A stretch of 62,147 nt of DNA, the filler included, from Candidatus Woesearchaeota archaeon CG1_02_57_44 (GTDB taxonomy: Archaea; Nanobdellota; Nanobdellia; Woesearchaeales; CG1-02-57-44), in the NCBI GenBank assembly GCA_001871415.1. It is 5 parts of 5 records of this genome, joined end to end, with 100 filler letters (N's around TTAATTAATTAA, not from the genome) between each part and the next. Parts side by side here need not be neighbours in the genome. Positions count along the whole stretch, not along the records: positions 21,448 to 32,423 come from MNWW01000044.1; positions 32,524 to 50,652 come from MNWW01000056.1; 3 more parts are not named here. One strand, written 5' to 3'. The translations under genes and the position numbers were made by a program. The notes under the pieces were generated by a model. It was given only the letters and a program-made list of their open reading frames with translations. It made no database searches and was not told the DNA's origin. This document shows, piece by piece, positions 27,411 to 38,788 of the stretch (its first letter is position 1; each line of letters begins with the position of its first letter).

Positions 27411-29190
27411 CCCCAACGCGGGTAAGACGACATTGTTCAACACCCTGACAGGGCTGCGCCATCATGTGGGCAACTGGCCCGGCAAGACCGTAGAGAAGAA
27501 GCAGGGCATGTGGACGTATCAGGGCGAATCTATTGAAGTGACAGACCTGCCAGGAACCTACAGCATAACGCCCTACGCGGAAGACGAGCGAGTGGCCAAG
27601 GAGGCCCTGGAGTCAGGAGCATTTGACGCGATCATCAACATCGTCGATGCCGCCAACCTTGAGCATCACCTGTATCTCACGCTCCAGCTGCTCGACAGAC
27701 ACTTGCCGGTGACGGTGTTCCTGAACATGAGCAGGCGCGCGAAAAAGAAAGGGATCAGGATAGACGCGACTGCGCTTTCCGCTGCACTGGGCGTGCCGGT
27801 CATAGCGGGCGAAGCCAACAGCGAGGAAGCCAAGACCCGTATCGGCCGCTTGCTCACGCACCGGCGACGCCTGCAGGATCAGGGTCATCTGCCAAAGGCA
27901 GAGCAGCGCGCCTTGCCGAATGATCAGGGGGAATCGCGGAGCGCCGATGAAGTCCGCCAGCAGGTCAAGGCCATCGCAGAGATGGCGATCCACGCGCCAA
28001 GCAGGATACCAAGCCGCTCTGACCGTGTCGATAAGATAGCTACAGGCCCAGGGGGCATACCCTTGTTCCTCATCATCATGGCGATGACGTTTCAGATGAC
28101 CTTCGTCGCGTCAGCGCCGCTGTCCCAGCTTATCGAGACAGGCATCACCAGTCTGGGGGGCGTCGTGGGTCTGCTGCACCTCCAGCCCGCATGGCTGGCT
28201 TCTCTGGTGGTGGACGGCATCATCGGAGGCATCGGTGCCGTGCTGGTCTTCATCCCGAGCATCTTCCTGCTCTTCCTGCTGCTGAGCATGCTGGAAGACT
28301 CCGGCTACATGGCGAGGGCCGCGTATGTGATGGACCGCTCCATGCGCCGTATGGGCCTGCACGGCAAGTCCTTCCTGCCAATGGTTCTGGGCTTTGGCTG
28401 CAATGTCCCGGCCGTCATGGCAACGCGGACTCTGGAGGATCGCCACAGCAGGCTGCTGACCATCCTGCTGATCCCGCTCATGTCCTGCTCCGCGCGCCTG
28501 CCCGTCTATGTCCTGTTCGCGGGGGCATTCTTTCCTGCCCGTGCGGGGATGGTCATCTTCCTGCTCTACATCCTGGGCATCCTCATGGCATTGCTGATGG
28601 GCATACTGTTCCGTCGGACGCTGTTCCGGAGAAAGGAGCTGCACCTGCTACTGGAATTGCCACCCTATCGTCTGCCCATGGTGAAGAATACGCTCATCAC
28701 GGCCTGGGACAGGACACTGCTCTTCATCCGCAACGCCGGGACCATCATCCTGAGCACCGTGCTGCTCATCTGGTTCCTGGCCAGTGTGCCGCAGGGAGTC
28801 GCCTATGCGTCGCGCCATAGCCTGATAGGCAGGATAGGGATCCTGGCGGCGCCTTTGCTCTCGCCCCTGGGATTCGGCTTCTGGGAAGCAGCGGTCGCGC
28901 TGCTTTTTGGCATCGCGGCAAAAGAGGTCATCATCGGCACGTTCGCAGCGTTGTATGGCACGGCTGCGACAGGATTAGGCCCTGCCCTGCAGGCCCATTT
29001 CACGCCACTCTCTGCCGCATCGTTCCTGGTCTTTGTCCTGCTCTATACGCCCTGCGCGGCCGCGCTTGGGGCTATCCGTCGTGAGGCAGGCGCGAAGTGG
29101 GCCGCCTTCACCGCAGGATATCTGCTGGTGCTCGCATGGATAATGGCGTTCCTGGTGTTTCAGCTCGGCACGCTCGCGGGGTGGTCCTGA
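27388..29190 (+). CDS. feoB: Ferrous iron transport protein B
   Basis: GNPNAGKT, VGNWPGKT, DLPGTYS, EDSGYMARAA, GFGCNVPA, CSARLP. Confidence 0.97.
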   Translation: MRVALAGNPNAGKTTLFNTLTGLRHHVGNWPGKTVEKKQGMWTYQGESIEVTDLPGTYSITPYAEDERVAKEALESGAFDAIINIVDAANLEHHLYLTLQLLDRHLPVTVFLNMSRRAKKKGIRIDATALSAALGVPVIAGEANSEEAKTRIGRLLTHRRRLQDQGHLPKAEQRALPNDQGESRSADEVRQQVKAIAEMAIHAPSRIPSRSDRVDKIATGPGGIPLFLIIMAMTFQMTFVASAPLSQLIETGITSLGGVVGLLHLQPAWLASLVVDGIIGGIGAVLVFIPSIFLLFLLLSMLEDSGYMARAAYVMDRSMRRMGLHGKSFLPMVLGFGCNVPAVMATRTLEDRHSRLLTILLIPLMSCSARLPVYVLFAGAFFPARAGMVIFLLYILGILMALLMGILFRRTLFRRKELHLLLELPPYRLPMVKNTLITAWDRTLLFIRNAGTIILSTVLLIWFLASVPQGVAYASRHSLIGRIGILAAPLLSPLGFGFWEAAVALLFGIAAKEVIIGTFAALYGTAATGLGPALQAHFTPLSAASFLVFVLLYTPCAAALGAIRREAGAKWAAFTAGYLLVLAWIMAFLVFQLGTLAGWS

Positions 29191-29369
29191 TGGCCCTGTT
29201 CTGGATCGTCGGGGCGGCCATTATCTACGCGTTCTACCGCTCGGTGCGCGGAGAGATACAGGAATGCGCCCGCTGCCAGGATAAGCCTATCGACAGGAAG
29301 AACAAGACACGATGCAAAGGATGCACACCAGTGCCAACAACCAAGGACACTATCAAGAAAAGGAGATAG
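29190..29369 (+). CDS. FeoB-associated Cys-rich membrane peptide
   Basis: TM followed by CARC...CKGC; coupled to the feoB stop. Confidence 0.65.
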   Translation: MALFWIVGAAIIYAFYRSVRGEIQECARCQDKPIDRKNKTRCKGCTPVPTTKDTIKKRR

Positions 29370-29381
29370 GAATAGATTCAT

Positions 29382-29744
29382 ATGCAATCTGATTATTCCA
29401 CACCCATGTCCACCTGGGATGATGCCGTATCTGTAGATGACCTCGTCGATCCCCAATCAAGGGTCATTATCAGCGACCTTGATACAGAGGAGCAGCTTGA
29501 GCGGGATTGCTCAGAAGCACAGCAAGGACAGCAATGTCCGTATCTTCGCAGACTTGGGATGTATTTCCATTACTGCGGCAGGGGCATCCCGGAGGGGACG
29601 GAATTCACCGCTGATCCAGAAAATCCAGTGGTCAAGGCCCAGCAAGAGGTCGCGGAGCTCCAGCTCTTCTGCAGGACGACTGACAATCATCAGAAGTGCG
29701 TCTACTTCACAGGAGATGAGCCGTTTCCCGGCGCGCAGGATTAA
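29382..29744 (+). CDS. Cys-containing hypothetical protein
   Basis: 120-aa ORF with five Cys. Confidence 0.55.
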   Translation: MQSDYSTPMSTWDDAVSVDDLVDPQSRVIISDLDTEEQLERDCSEAQQGQQCPYLRRLGMYFHYCGRGIPEGTEFTADPENPVVKAQQEVAELQLFCRTTDNHQKCVYFTGDEPFPGAQD

Positions 29745-29864
29745 GGCCTGCACACTGCAATGTTTCTGCCGAAGTCGCGCCCAGTCATCGCAGTGGAGCG
29801 CCAGCACTAGCGGATAGGATGAAGGAAGAAAGAAAAAAGAAGCAAACCGAACAGACTACCTGCT

Positions 29865-31460
29865 TCACATCCCGGGCATATCCGGCATCCGGGGCTCGTC
29901 CTTCAGTGGCCCTGCTGCGATGATATCATCGATGCGCAGGATCATGACCGAGACTTCTGTCGCGCTGCTGATTGCCTGGGTCTTGATCTTGAGCGGCTCG
30001 AGGATGCCCGCCTTCCACGCGTCCATGACCTTGCCCGTGAACACATCAATGCCTGCCCACTTCTGCTTGCCATGAGCCGACTTCAGCTCGGTCATGGTGT
30101 CGATAGGATCCAGTCCCGCATTCTCCGCGAGCGTCCTGGGCACGACCTCGATGGCGTCCGCGAAGGCGTTGACCGCGAGCTGCTCCCTGCCAGAGAGGGA
30201 TTGCGCATAGCCGCGCAGGTGCTTGGCGAGCTCTATCTCAACGGCGCCCGCGCCTGCGACAATCTTGCCGCTCCTGAACGCCGCCGCGACATCGCCCAGC
30301 GAGTCATCCACCGCGCGCTTGACCTCTTCGACCACATGCTCGGTACCGCCGCGCACCAGCAAGGTGACGGCCTTGGCGTGTTTGCAGTCCTCGATGAATG
30401 TCATATCTTCGTCACCGACCTTGCGCTCCTCGACCATGCCCGCATGGCCAAGGTCATCAGTAGACAGATCATCAAGATTCGTGACAATGCGCGCGCCCGT
30501 TGCCTTGGCGATGGCCTCCAGGTCGCTCTTCTTGGCGCGCCGGACAGCGTAGATGCTCCGCTTCGCGAGGAAATGCTGGGCAACGTCATCAATGCCCTTC
30601 TGGCAGATGAGCACCGTGGCGCCTGCCTTTTCCACCGCGTCAACCATATCGCGCAGCATCTTCTCTTCCATGTCCAGGAAGTGCTGCATCTGCTCTGGGC
30701 TCGTGATCTGTATCTTCGCGTCCACTTCCGTGTTCTTGATCTCCAGGGAACTGTCGATGAGCGCTATCCTGGCCTTGGCGACCTTGCGCGGCATGCCGGA
30801 GTGGCAGCGCTCCTTGTCCAGGATGATGCCCTGCACGAGAACAGAATTATCGACGCTCGCGCCCACTTTCTTTTCCACGCTGATATCATCAAGGTCGATG
30901 CTCTTGTCTTCGCCCGCGACCTGCACGACAGCATCGACGACCAATTGAGCTAGATGCTCTTTCGCTGACTCCGCGCCCTTGCCGGTCATGGCAGTGATAG
31001 CGACCTTGAGCAGGTCTCCTTCCTTCACATCCTCTGCCATGCTCAGGAGCACTTTTTGCGCCTCTGCTTCCGCGAGCCGATAGCCCTTGGCGAGGACCGT
31101 GGGATGGATGTCCTGGTCGAGCAGGTCTTCTGCCTTGCGTAGCAGCTCGCCTGCGAGGATGACCGCTGTCGTGGTGCCATCGCCGACCTCATCTTCCTGG
31201 GTCTTGGCGACCTCGACTATCATCTTGGCCGTGGGATGCTCTATCTGCATCTCGCGCAGTATCGTGACGCCGTCATTGGTGACGATGATATCGCCGAGCT
31301 TGTCCACGAGCATCTTATCCATGCCCTTTGGTCCGAGTGTTGTCCTGACCGTCTCAGCGACGGCTTTCGCGGCCATGATGTTGTTGCGCTGGGCGTTCTT
31401 GCCCTGGCTTCGCTTTGTTCCTTCCGGGAGGATGAAGATTGGTTGCACGGGTTGGCTCAT
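29865..31460 (-). CDS. thsA: Thermosome subunit (group II chaperonin)
   Basis: [30 protein letters not shown]. Confidence 0.97.
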   Translation of the reverse strand: MSQPVQPIFILPEGTKRSQGKNAQRNNIMAAKAVAETVRTTLGPKGMDKMLVDKLGDIIVTNDGVTILREMQIEHPTAKMIVEVAKTQEDEVGDGTTTAVILAGELLRKAEDLLDQDIHPTVLAKGYRLAEAEAQKVLLSMAEDVKEGDLLKVAITAMTGKGAESAKEHLAQLVVDAVVQVAGEDKSIDLDDISVEKKVGASVDNSVLVQGIILDKERCHSGMPRKVAKARIALIDSSLEIKNTEVDAKIQITSPEQMQHFLDMEEKMLRDMVDAVEKAGATVLICQKGIDDVAQHFLAKRSIYAVRRAKKSDLEAIAKATGARIVTNLDDLSTDDLGHAGMVEERKVGDEDMTFIEDCKHAKAVTLLVRGGTEHVVEEVKRAVDDSLGDVAAAFRSGKIVAGAGAVEIELAKHLRGYAQSLSGREQLAVNAFADAIEVVPRTLAENAGLDPIDTMTELKSAHGKQKWAGIDVFTGKVMDAWKAGILEPLKIKTQAISSATEVSVMILRIDDIIAAGPLKDEPRMPDMPGM

Positions 31461-31543
31461 TGTATCACCGGCTCCTGCGGAACAGCCCATGCTTTAAAAA
31501 CATATCGTGCATGGGCCATAGAGATGAACGAATGGCAGAGACC

Positions 31544-32423
31544 TTACTTATCGCTCACTATCTCTACCACATCGCCGGGCATGAGCACGTGCTCCTTGCC
31601 GACCGTGCGCTTGGTCTTGACGTCGATTGCCCTGATGAATCCCCTGCCAAGGTCAGTATGTATCTTGTACGCGAAGTCGAGCGCGGTGCTTCCCTGCCTG
31701 AGGAGCCAGCAATCAGGCATGACCCGTCCTTCTGAATCCGCCAGCTTGCCCACTCCACCGGGGAAGATGGGCATGTACTTGAGCAGCGAGAACACCGCGC
31801 CATCAAGCGCCTCCTGTACTCCGGTATTGCCGATGACATCGAGCACCGTCCTTTGGATGACCGGCAAGCCCTTCTCCTGCTGCGCAGTCAACGCTCCGCT
31901 GATGTCATACCCTTTTCCGCCAGGGACATACTGTATCGCTCCGTCTTTGGCAGCGGTCTTGAGCACCAGTTCTGCCACACCAGAGCAGGGAACAATAATC
32001 AGTTCAGGAAACTCCTTGCGCAATCGCTCGACATTCTCCAGAGCCCCAGGCACATCTATCTTGTTGGCTGCTATGAGCATGGGCTGTGTTCGTTTGCGAA
32101 GCTCGCGGGAGAATCCGAAGAGCTCATCATCGCTCCACGCCGAAAGCTTCCTCTCATCAAGACCCATGCCCGTGAGTATCTGCTTGACCATGTCTTCCGT
32201 GCTGCCAAGGCCGGAGAACTGCTTGTGCAGCGCCTTGTATGGCTCGGCATTCGTCTGGCTCACGGTGCGGGCGAACTTGTCCCATGCTTTCTTGAGGATG
32301 CCAAGGTACCAGTAGTCAAGCTCTTCTGCCAGGAACCTGATATCCTCTGCAGGATCCCTGCTGCCCGGCGGCACGGGCTCGCCTTTCTCATTCGTGCTGC
32401 CCGATGCGTCGATGACATGGATG
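31544..32423 (-). CDS. ychF: Archaeal YchF/Obg-like GTPase with TGS domain, 5' truncated
   Basis: HVIDASG.TN, AANKID, STALDFAYKIHTDLG. Confidence 0.85.
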
Positions 32424-32523
32424 NNNNNNNNNNNNNNNNNNNNNNNNNNNNNNNNNNNNNNNNNNNNTTAATTAATTAANNNNNNNNNNNNNNNNNNNNN
32501 NNNNNNNNNNNNNNNNNNNNNNN
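32424..32523. other. Artificial contig linker
   Basis: N-run, TTAATTAATTAA, N-run. Confidence 0.98.
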
Positions 32524-32629
32524 CGAGAGGTAAGGGCGCGATGGTCCTGTCACCAGAGACGCAAGCGGAATTTCAGCGCCTTGTCGAAGGACACCGTCGT
32601 CTGCTTGAGGCGATAGGGAAGCTGTAGTG

Positions 32630-32766
32630 TTATTGCAAAGCACGGGGTTGAATACCCCGTCCTTCAGGACGTGCTTTGCAATTCAAAAATCCGCCTGCAA
32701 TGACGAGGCGCGGTAATACCGCGGCCTTCAGGCCGCGGTTAGCGCCGAGTGGTGGATTTTTGTTAT
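32630..32766 (+). mobile_element. Double-hairpin element, copy 4
   Basis: 32524-32766 is identical to 1-243; the sequences diverge right after the terminal TTAT. Confidence 0.8.
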
Positions 32767-32822
32767 TTGGCGCAGAGAAAAGAAGGCCATTCACATGGAA
32801 TGAAGTGATTGGGGTGATTGAT

Positions 32823-33122
32823 GTGAAAGAAAACCATAACGTATGGATCTGGGTCTTGGTTGCTGTAGCTTTGCTTTTTCTGTTCAGTAGCTTTGGTATG
32901 GGCGGCTATGGGATGATGGGTTTTGGCATGGGATTCGGATTCCTCTTCATGATACTCTTCTGGGGACTCGTCATATGGCTCGTGTATTCTCTCATAAATG
33001 CCGCACAATCAGACACGCAAAGGAAAGGAGAAGACTCCATGGTGATACTCAAGAAAAGATACGCAAAAGGAGAAATCTCCAAAACGCAGTATGAAGAAAT
33101 GAGAAAAGAGCTAATCAGGTGA
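32823..33122 (+). CDS. SHOCT-domain membrane protein
   Basis: GMMGFG TM region; ILKKRYAKGEISKTQYEEMRKEL; GGGGTGA SD before the GTG. Confidence 0.85.
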   Translation: MKENHNVWIWVLVAVALLFLFSSFGMGGYGMMGFGMGFGFLFMILFWGLVIWLVYSLINAAQSDTQRKGEDSMVILKKRYAKGEISKTQYEEMRKELIR

Positions 33123-33123
33123 T

Positions 33124-33450
33124 ATGATGAAAATAGGTATTGTTATCGGGACAACCGAGCCAGAGGCGGTCTGGAACGCATTCAGATTCGCAGTAACAGC
33201 ATTGAAAGCAGATCATGAAGTAAAGGCATTTCTCATTAACAAAGGCGTCGAGATTGAAGAGATAGCAGATGAAAAATACAATGTGAAAGAACAGACTGAC
33301 GCATTCCTGCAGAACAACGGACAGATTCTTGCCTGCGGGACATGCCTCAAGTCAAGGCATAAAGAAGGAAGCAATGTCTGCCCGATATCAACCATGCAGG
33401 ACTTGCTGAAGCTGGTGGAAGAATCAGATAAAATCCTGACCTTTGGATGA
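33124..33450 (+). CDS. DsrE family protein
   Basis: WNAFRFA, FLINKGVE, ACGTCL.SR, CPISTM. Confidence 0.9.
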   Translation: MMKIGIVIGTTEPEAVWNAFRFAVTALKADHEVKAFLINKGVEIEEIADEKYNVKEQTDAFLQNNGQILACGTCLKSRHKEGSNVCPISTMQDLLKLVEESDKILTFG

Positions 33451-33574
33451 TGGCTGTCAGAAAAATAGGCAATAGGAAATTTTGATGGTTCTTACATGGT
33501 CTTGGAACAGGAGAAGAAGTATCAATGAGAGGAATGCAAGCTTTGGTACAAGGATGAATCTTGGGGCAGACAGC

Positions 33575-35005
33575 TCAGTAGCTCTTGGCAAAGCTGTAGA
33601 TACCTTGCGCCCGCTCGCCGGTCAGCGCGCATGGCTCCGTGGGCGCGATGTCCCGGGAGCGGTTGATGCTCTTGGCGCCGCCCGTCGCGTCCTTGATCTT
33701 CTCTTCGCTGGCAGGCGTGCCGCACCAGGGCATGCGCGCCATCTTCCTGGCGTCGATAGCGGCCTTGAGCTCATCCATGGAGGCGACATCGACGGTCTGC
33801 TCGGCGATGCGCTTGCGCTGGCTTTCCAGCAGGTCGCGCTGCATGGCCGCCAGGAGTTCAGTCGTCCGTCCGGTCAGGTCGGCCAGCGCGACCACTTCTT
33901 TTGTGCCGGTATCGCGCCTGACCACCACAGCGCTGCGCTTTTCCAGGTCCTTGGGCCCAAGCTCAATGCGCAGGGGTATGCCCTGCAACTCAGCGTCGTG
34001 GAATTTCCACCCCGGCGTGTAGTCGCGATTATCTATCCACACGCGGCGGCCCTTGAGCAGGCGCTTGGCTTCATCAGCGCCCTCGAGCACCGCAACCCTT
34101 GTATCCTCTTTGTAGATGGGCACGATGACCGCCTCGATAGGCGCGACCGCGGGTGGCAGCACGAGTCCCTTATCGTCGCTGTGCATCATGACCATGATGC
34201 CGATGCTCCTCGTGGAGATGCCCCAGCTGTTCTGCCACGGATGCTGCTTCTCGCCCTTCTCGTCGAGGAAATCGATGCCGAATGCCTTGGAGAAGTTCTG
34301 GCCGAGGTGATGGCTCGTCGCGCCCTGGATGGCCTTGCCATTGGGCAGCAAGGTCTCGACGCTGGTCGTGAAGACCGCGCCGGCGAATTTCTCCTTCTCG
34401 CTCTTGATGCCTTTCATGACCGGCACGGCGAGCAGCTCCTCAAAGACGCTGGCGTAGAGGTCAAGGATCTGATATACTTCCTGCTCCGCGCTATCGCTGG
34501 TCGCGTGGGCCGTATGGCCTTCCTGCCAGAGGAATTCCCGGGTGCGAAGGAAGGGCATGGGGTGCTTGAATTCCCAGCGCACCACGTTGCACCACTGGTT
34601 GAGCTTCAGGGGCAGGTCATTATGGCTGCGTATCCAGCGCGAGTAGGCATCATACATGATGGTCTCCGACGTGGGCCGGATAGCGAGGCGCTCTGGCAGC
34701 TGCGAGTCGCCGCCGTGCGTGACCCAGGCGACCTCGGGCTTGAATCCCTCGACATGCTCTGACTCCTTGCCGAGCAAGGACTCGGGGATGAGCAGGGGAA
34801 AGTAGCAGTTCTGCACCCCGAGCTTCCTGATCTCTGCGTCAAAGAACTTCTGGATCTGCTCCCAGATGTGATAGGCCTTTGGGCGCAATATCATGCAGCC
34901 GGAGACTGGGCTGTAATCGGCGAGGCCTGACTTGAGGATGACCTGCTGATACCATTCGCCGGTGTTCTCGTTCTTCTTCTCCGTGATGCCCAGTTGCTCT
35001 GCCAT
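33575..35005 (-). CDS. proS: Proline--tRNA ligase (archaeal/eukaryotic type)
   Basis: RPTSET, FLRTREFLWQEGHT, HHLGQNF, C-terminal FAKSY. Confidence 0.97.
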   Translation of the reverse strand: MAEQLGITEKKNENTGEWYQQVILKSGLADYSPVSGCMILRPKAYHIWEQIQKFFDAEIRKLGVQNCYFPLLIPESLLGKESEHVEGFKPEVAWVTHGGDSQLPERLAIRPTSETIMYDAYSRWIRSHNDLPLKLNQWCNVVRWEFKHPMPFLRTREFLWQEGHTAHATSDSAEQEVYQILDLYASVFEELLAVPVMKGIKSEKEKFAGAVFTTSVETLLPNGKAIQGATSHHLGQNFSKAFGIDFLDEKGEKQHPWQNSWGISTRSIGIMVMMHSDDKGLVLPPAVAPIEAVIVPIYKEDTRVAVLEGADEAKRLLKGRRVWIDNRDYTPGWKFHDAELQGIPLRIELGPKDLEKRSAVVVRRDTGTKEVVALADLTGRTTELLAAMQRDLLESQRKRIAEQTVDVASMDELKAAIDARKMARMPWCGTPASEEKIKDATGGAKSINRSRDIAPTEPCALTGERAQGIYSFAKSY

Positions 35006-35055
35006 GCCACTGGCAAGTGCCAAAAGCATTATAAGCATTGTGATGGGATGCAGGG

Positions 35056-35583
35056 ATGATGGGAGAAAAACAATCATCCGTGCCGCCCCGAGCGGTCCCT
35101 GCCTCACAGGCAGCAGCATCTGTCTATTGCATCAACACAAGGTATGCGGTGACATTCCTGATAGTGTTTCTGCTCGATAGGCTGACCAAGGCGTGGGCGC
35201 TGGCCTCGCTGGCGCGACCGATACCGGTCATCGGCGCATTCTTCGCCCTTGAGCTGCGCCGCAACACCGGCGCTGCCTTCTCCATCCTGACCGGGCAGAA
35301 TGTGGTGCTGGCAGTGGTGGCTGGCATCTTCGTCATCCTCACATTGTTCTGGCAGCGTCAGGTGTTCTTCCGGCAGCGCCTCGCTGCCATCGCTCTTGGC
35401 ATGATGGCGGGCGGCGCGCTTGGCAACCTTATTGACAGGCTCCTGTATGGTGCGGTGACTGATTTTATCGCCTTCAGCTTCTGGCCGGCCTTCAATGTCG
35501 CTGACAGCTGCCTCGTGACTGGCGCGCTGCTGCTGGTGTGGTGCGAGTGGCGCGGGGCGAAGGGCAGGCAAGGGCCTCGATGA
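35056..35583 (+). CDS. lspA: Signal peptidase II (lipoprotein signal peptidase)
   Basis: DRLTK, NTGAAFS, GGALGNLIDR, VTDFI, PAFNVAD. Confidence 0.92.
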   Translation: MMGEKQSSVPPRAVPASQAAASVYCINTRYAVTFLIVFLLDRLTKAWALASLARPIPVIGAFFALELRRNTGAAFSILTGQNVVLAVVAGIFVILTLFWQRQVFFRQRLAAIALGMMAGGALGNLIDRLLYGAVTDFIAFSFWPAFNVADSCLVTGALLLVWCEWRGAKGRQGPR

Positions 35584-35643
35584 TTGCTGCAGGATGCGTC
35601 AAAACAGAATGCATATAGTCGCTGGCATCACGCATAACTGACG

Positions 35644-35967
35644 CTATCTCTGATCCTTATTCGTCATTCGCTGGTACGCTTCCATGAATGTCACCTGCTG
35701 TTCTTGGTTCAGAGGACGTGGAAAGACATGGCCGAGCGGGGGCTGTATCATTCTGTCGGGCAGGTCCTCAGCATTACCTTGCATGACTCCCTGGGGAATT
35801 TTTGCAACCAAACCCGTGAGATTGGCCACCAAATCATCCAGTGTCTGGAACGGGAATCCGACCGGTCTGGATTCTCCTCCCTGGTAGGCGAAAATTGCGT
35901 AGCAATCAGGCATGTGCGGGCGCTCGAGGCGGACGGGATATATTGGTGTTTTCATAGGATGCGGCAT
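35644..35967 (-). CDS. Hypothetical protein
   Basis: 107-aa ORF with a TATA-like box upstream. Confidence 0.5.
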   Translation of the reverse strand: MPHPMKTPIYPVRLERPHMPDCYAIFAYQGGESRPVGFPFQTLDDLVANLTGLVAKIPQGVMQGNAEDLPDRMIQPPLGHVFPRPLNQEQQVTFMEAYQRMTNKDQR

Positions 35968-36173
35968 TTCTGCAGCAATTCAAGAACCTATCTATTTATC
36001 GCAGGGGGAGTGCGGATTCGCTGTGCTGACAGGTGACTGGAATAGTCGATGTGCTGACGTCTAATGCCTACGTCTGGTGCATAGTATTATGGACGTCTTG
36101 AGGCATGTCGGGTGCGCGGACAGCCCACGCAACCATTAACTTTAAATACACCCTCCAAAATGCACCAATTCCA

Positions 36174-36275
36174 ATGAAGCGTTCCTCGCGACGGTGGAAG
36201 AAGAAGCGGCAGATGCGCTGGAAGTGGCAGCGCAAGAAGATGAAGAAGGAGAAGCGCCGCAGAGCGAGGAAGTAG
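36174..36275 (+). CDS. rpl41e: Ribosomal protein eL41 (eS32); not in the ORF track
   Basis: MKRSSRRWKKKRQMRWKWQRKKMKKEKRRRARK with the MRWKW signature; TTTAAATA at 36141. Confidence 0.88.
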   Translation: MKRSSRRWKKKRQMRWKWQRKKMKKEKRRRARK

Positions 36276-36300
36276 CTCCACGCTTGATTGTTGTTGGGGC

Positions 36301-36427
36301 TGCTTGTTTCTGTTTTTTTCTGGCTTTGTCTATGCTTGTTTCTGTTATTTTCTGGCTTTGTCTATGCTTGTTTCTGTTATTTTCTGGCTTTGTCTATGCT
36401 TGTTTCTGTAATTTTCTGGCTTTGTCT
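36301..36427. repeat. 32-bp tandem repeat, about 4 copies
   Basis: Unit TGCTTGTTTCTGTTATTTTCTGGCTTTGTCTA with no spacers. Confidence 0.92.
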
Positions 36428-36908
36428 GTTTTGCAGTCGCTCTCGCTCTGCAGCCTGGCTGATGATCCGAATCAGACTGGGCAGGCATCTCGCTGCGTGA
36501 GTATGTCACAGCATTCCCGTCAATGGAGCGCGCGGATTCTTATGCGCAGATTCTTATGATGGGTCGCAGAGGTTTCTGCGGGAGAATTGTCATCGGGACA
36601 CTACTATCCATGACGCGCGCTTGCCTGCCACTTTGCAGGGATTGGTCGCCGGCGGACCGCGACCTCGCCCCAGCTTATCGCAAGGCGCTGCCAAAGATTT
36701 CAATGCGCTGCCAAAGACTTCTGTGCGCTGTGAGTATGCGCTGGTTCATCTGTCAGGACCTTCATCAGGACCCTTATCGATACCCTTATATATACCCCCT
36801 TGTTATCCCGGAACGCCTCGCCCACAAATGTGGCGCGATAGACTTCTGCAACTGCACCATTAGTTGCATGATGGCAAGATTCTTGCCGTCGGAAAGGGGA
36901 CAATAACA

Positions 36909-36917
36909 CTTAAATAG
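36909..36917 (+). promoter_or_regulatory. Putative TATA box of the rRNA operon
   Basis: CTTAAATAG preceded by an A-rich BRE-like stretch, about 190 nt upstream of the 16S. Confidence 0.45.
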
Positions 36918-37099
36918 GGGTGCCATTTCACGGCAACTCTCCTGTTTGGGTGGGAAGTCATTCCCAATCACCTCCATGCGCCGCAAGGCGCGATGTGGTG
37001 TATGCCAAAACTGAAAATTTGGCATGAAAAAGGCATGTGCAGTTTGTTGTATATCTTTGTATGACGAACCGCTATAGACGTTTGCGACCTATTATAATC

Positions 37100-38572
<1,473 letters not shown>

Positions 38573-38681
38573 TTTCTTTATTCATGATCCCGTAAGGGAT
38601 GATGGTGAGGAAAGAACAAACAGACAGGAAACATTATAGCGGAGCCCGCAAGGGTGCTGCACATGCCTTCCTATTCACAAT

Positions 38682-38788
38682 GGGCCCGTAGCTCAATTTG
38701 GCTAGAGCGTCCGCTTTGCAAGCGGGAGGCTTCGGGTTCAAATCATGAGTGGGCCCATCCCACCGTGGGGAAAGTCCCGACGGGTCCA
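38682..38788 (+). tRNA. tRNA-Ala(TGC) with a 32-nt T-loop intron (about 38743-38774)
   Basis: Acceptor GGGCCCG/CGGGTCC; anticodon TGC; the T-stem TCGGG/CCCGA encloses 39 nt instead of 7. Confidence 0.9.

Noticed and set aside
33482..34762. Long antisense ORFs (also 31236-32315, 53849-54841, 60704-61579, 16177-17370)
   Set aside because: Shadow frames of well-supported genes in GC-rich DNA with no recognisable motifs
36301..36427. Possible CRISPR array (also 58692-58758 and 42529-42597)
   Set aside because: The first two are head-to-tail tandem units with no unique spacers, the third has only two copies, and there are no cas genes in the window
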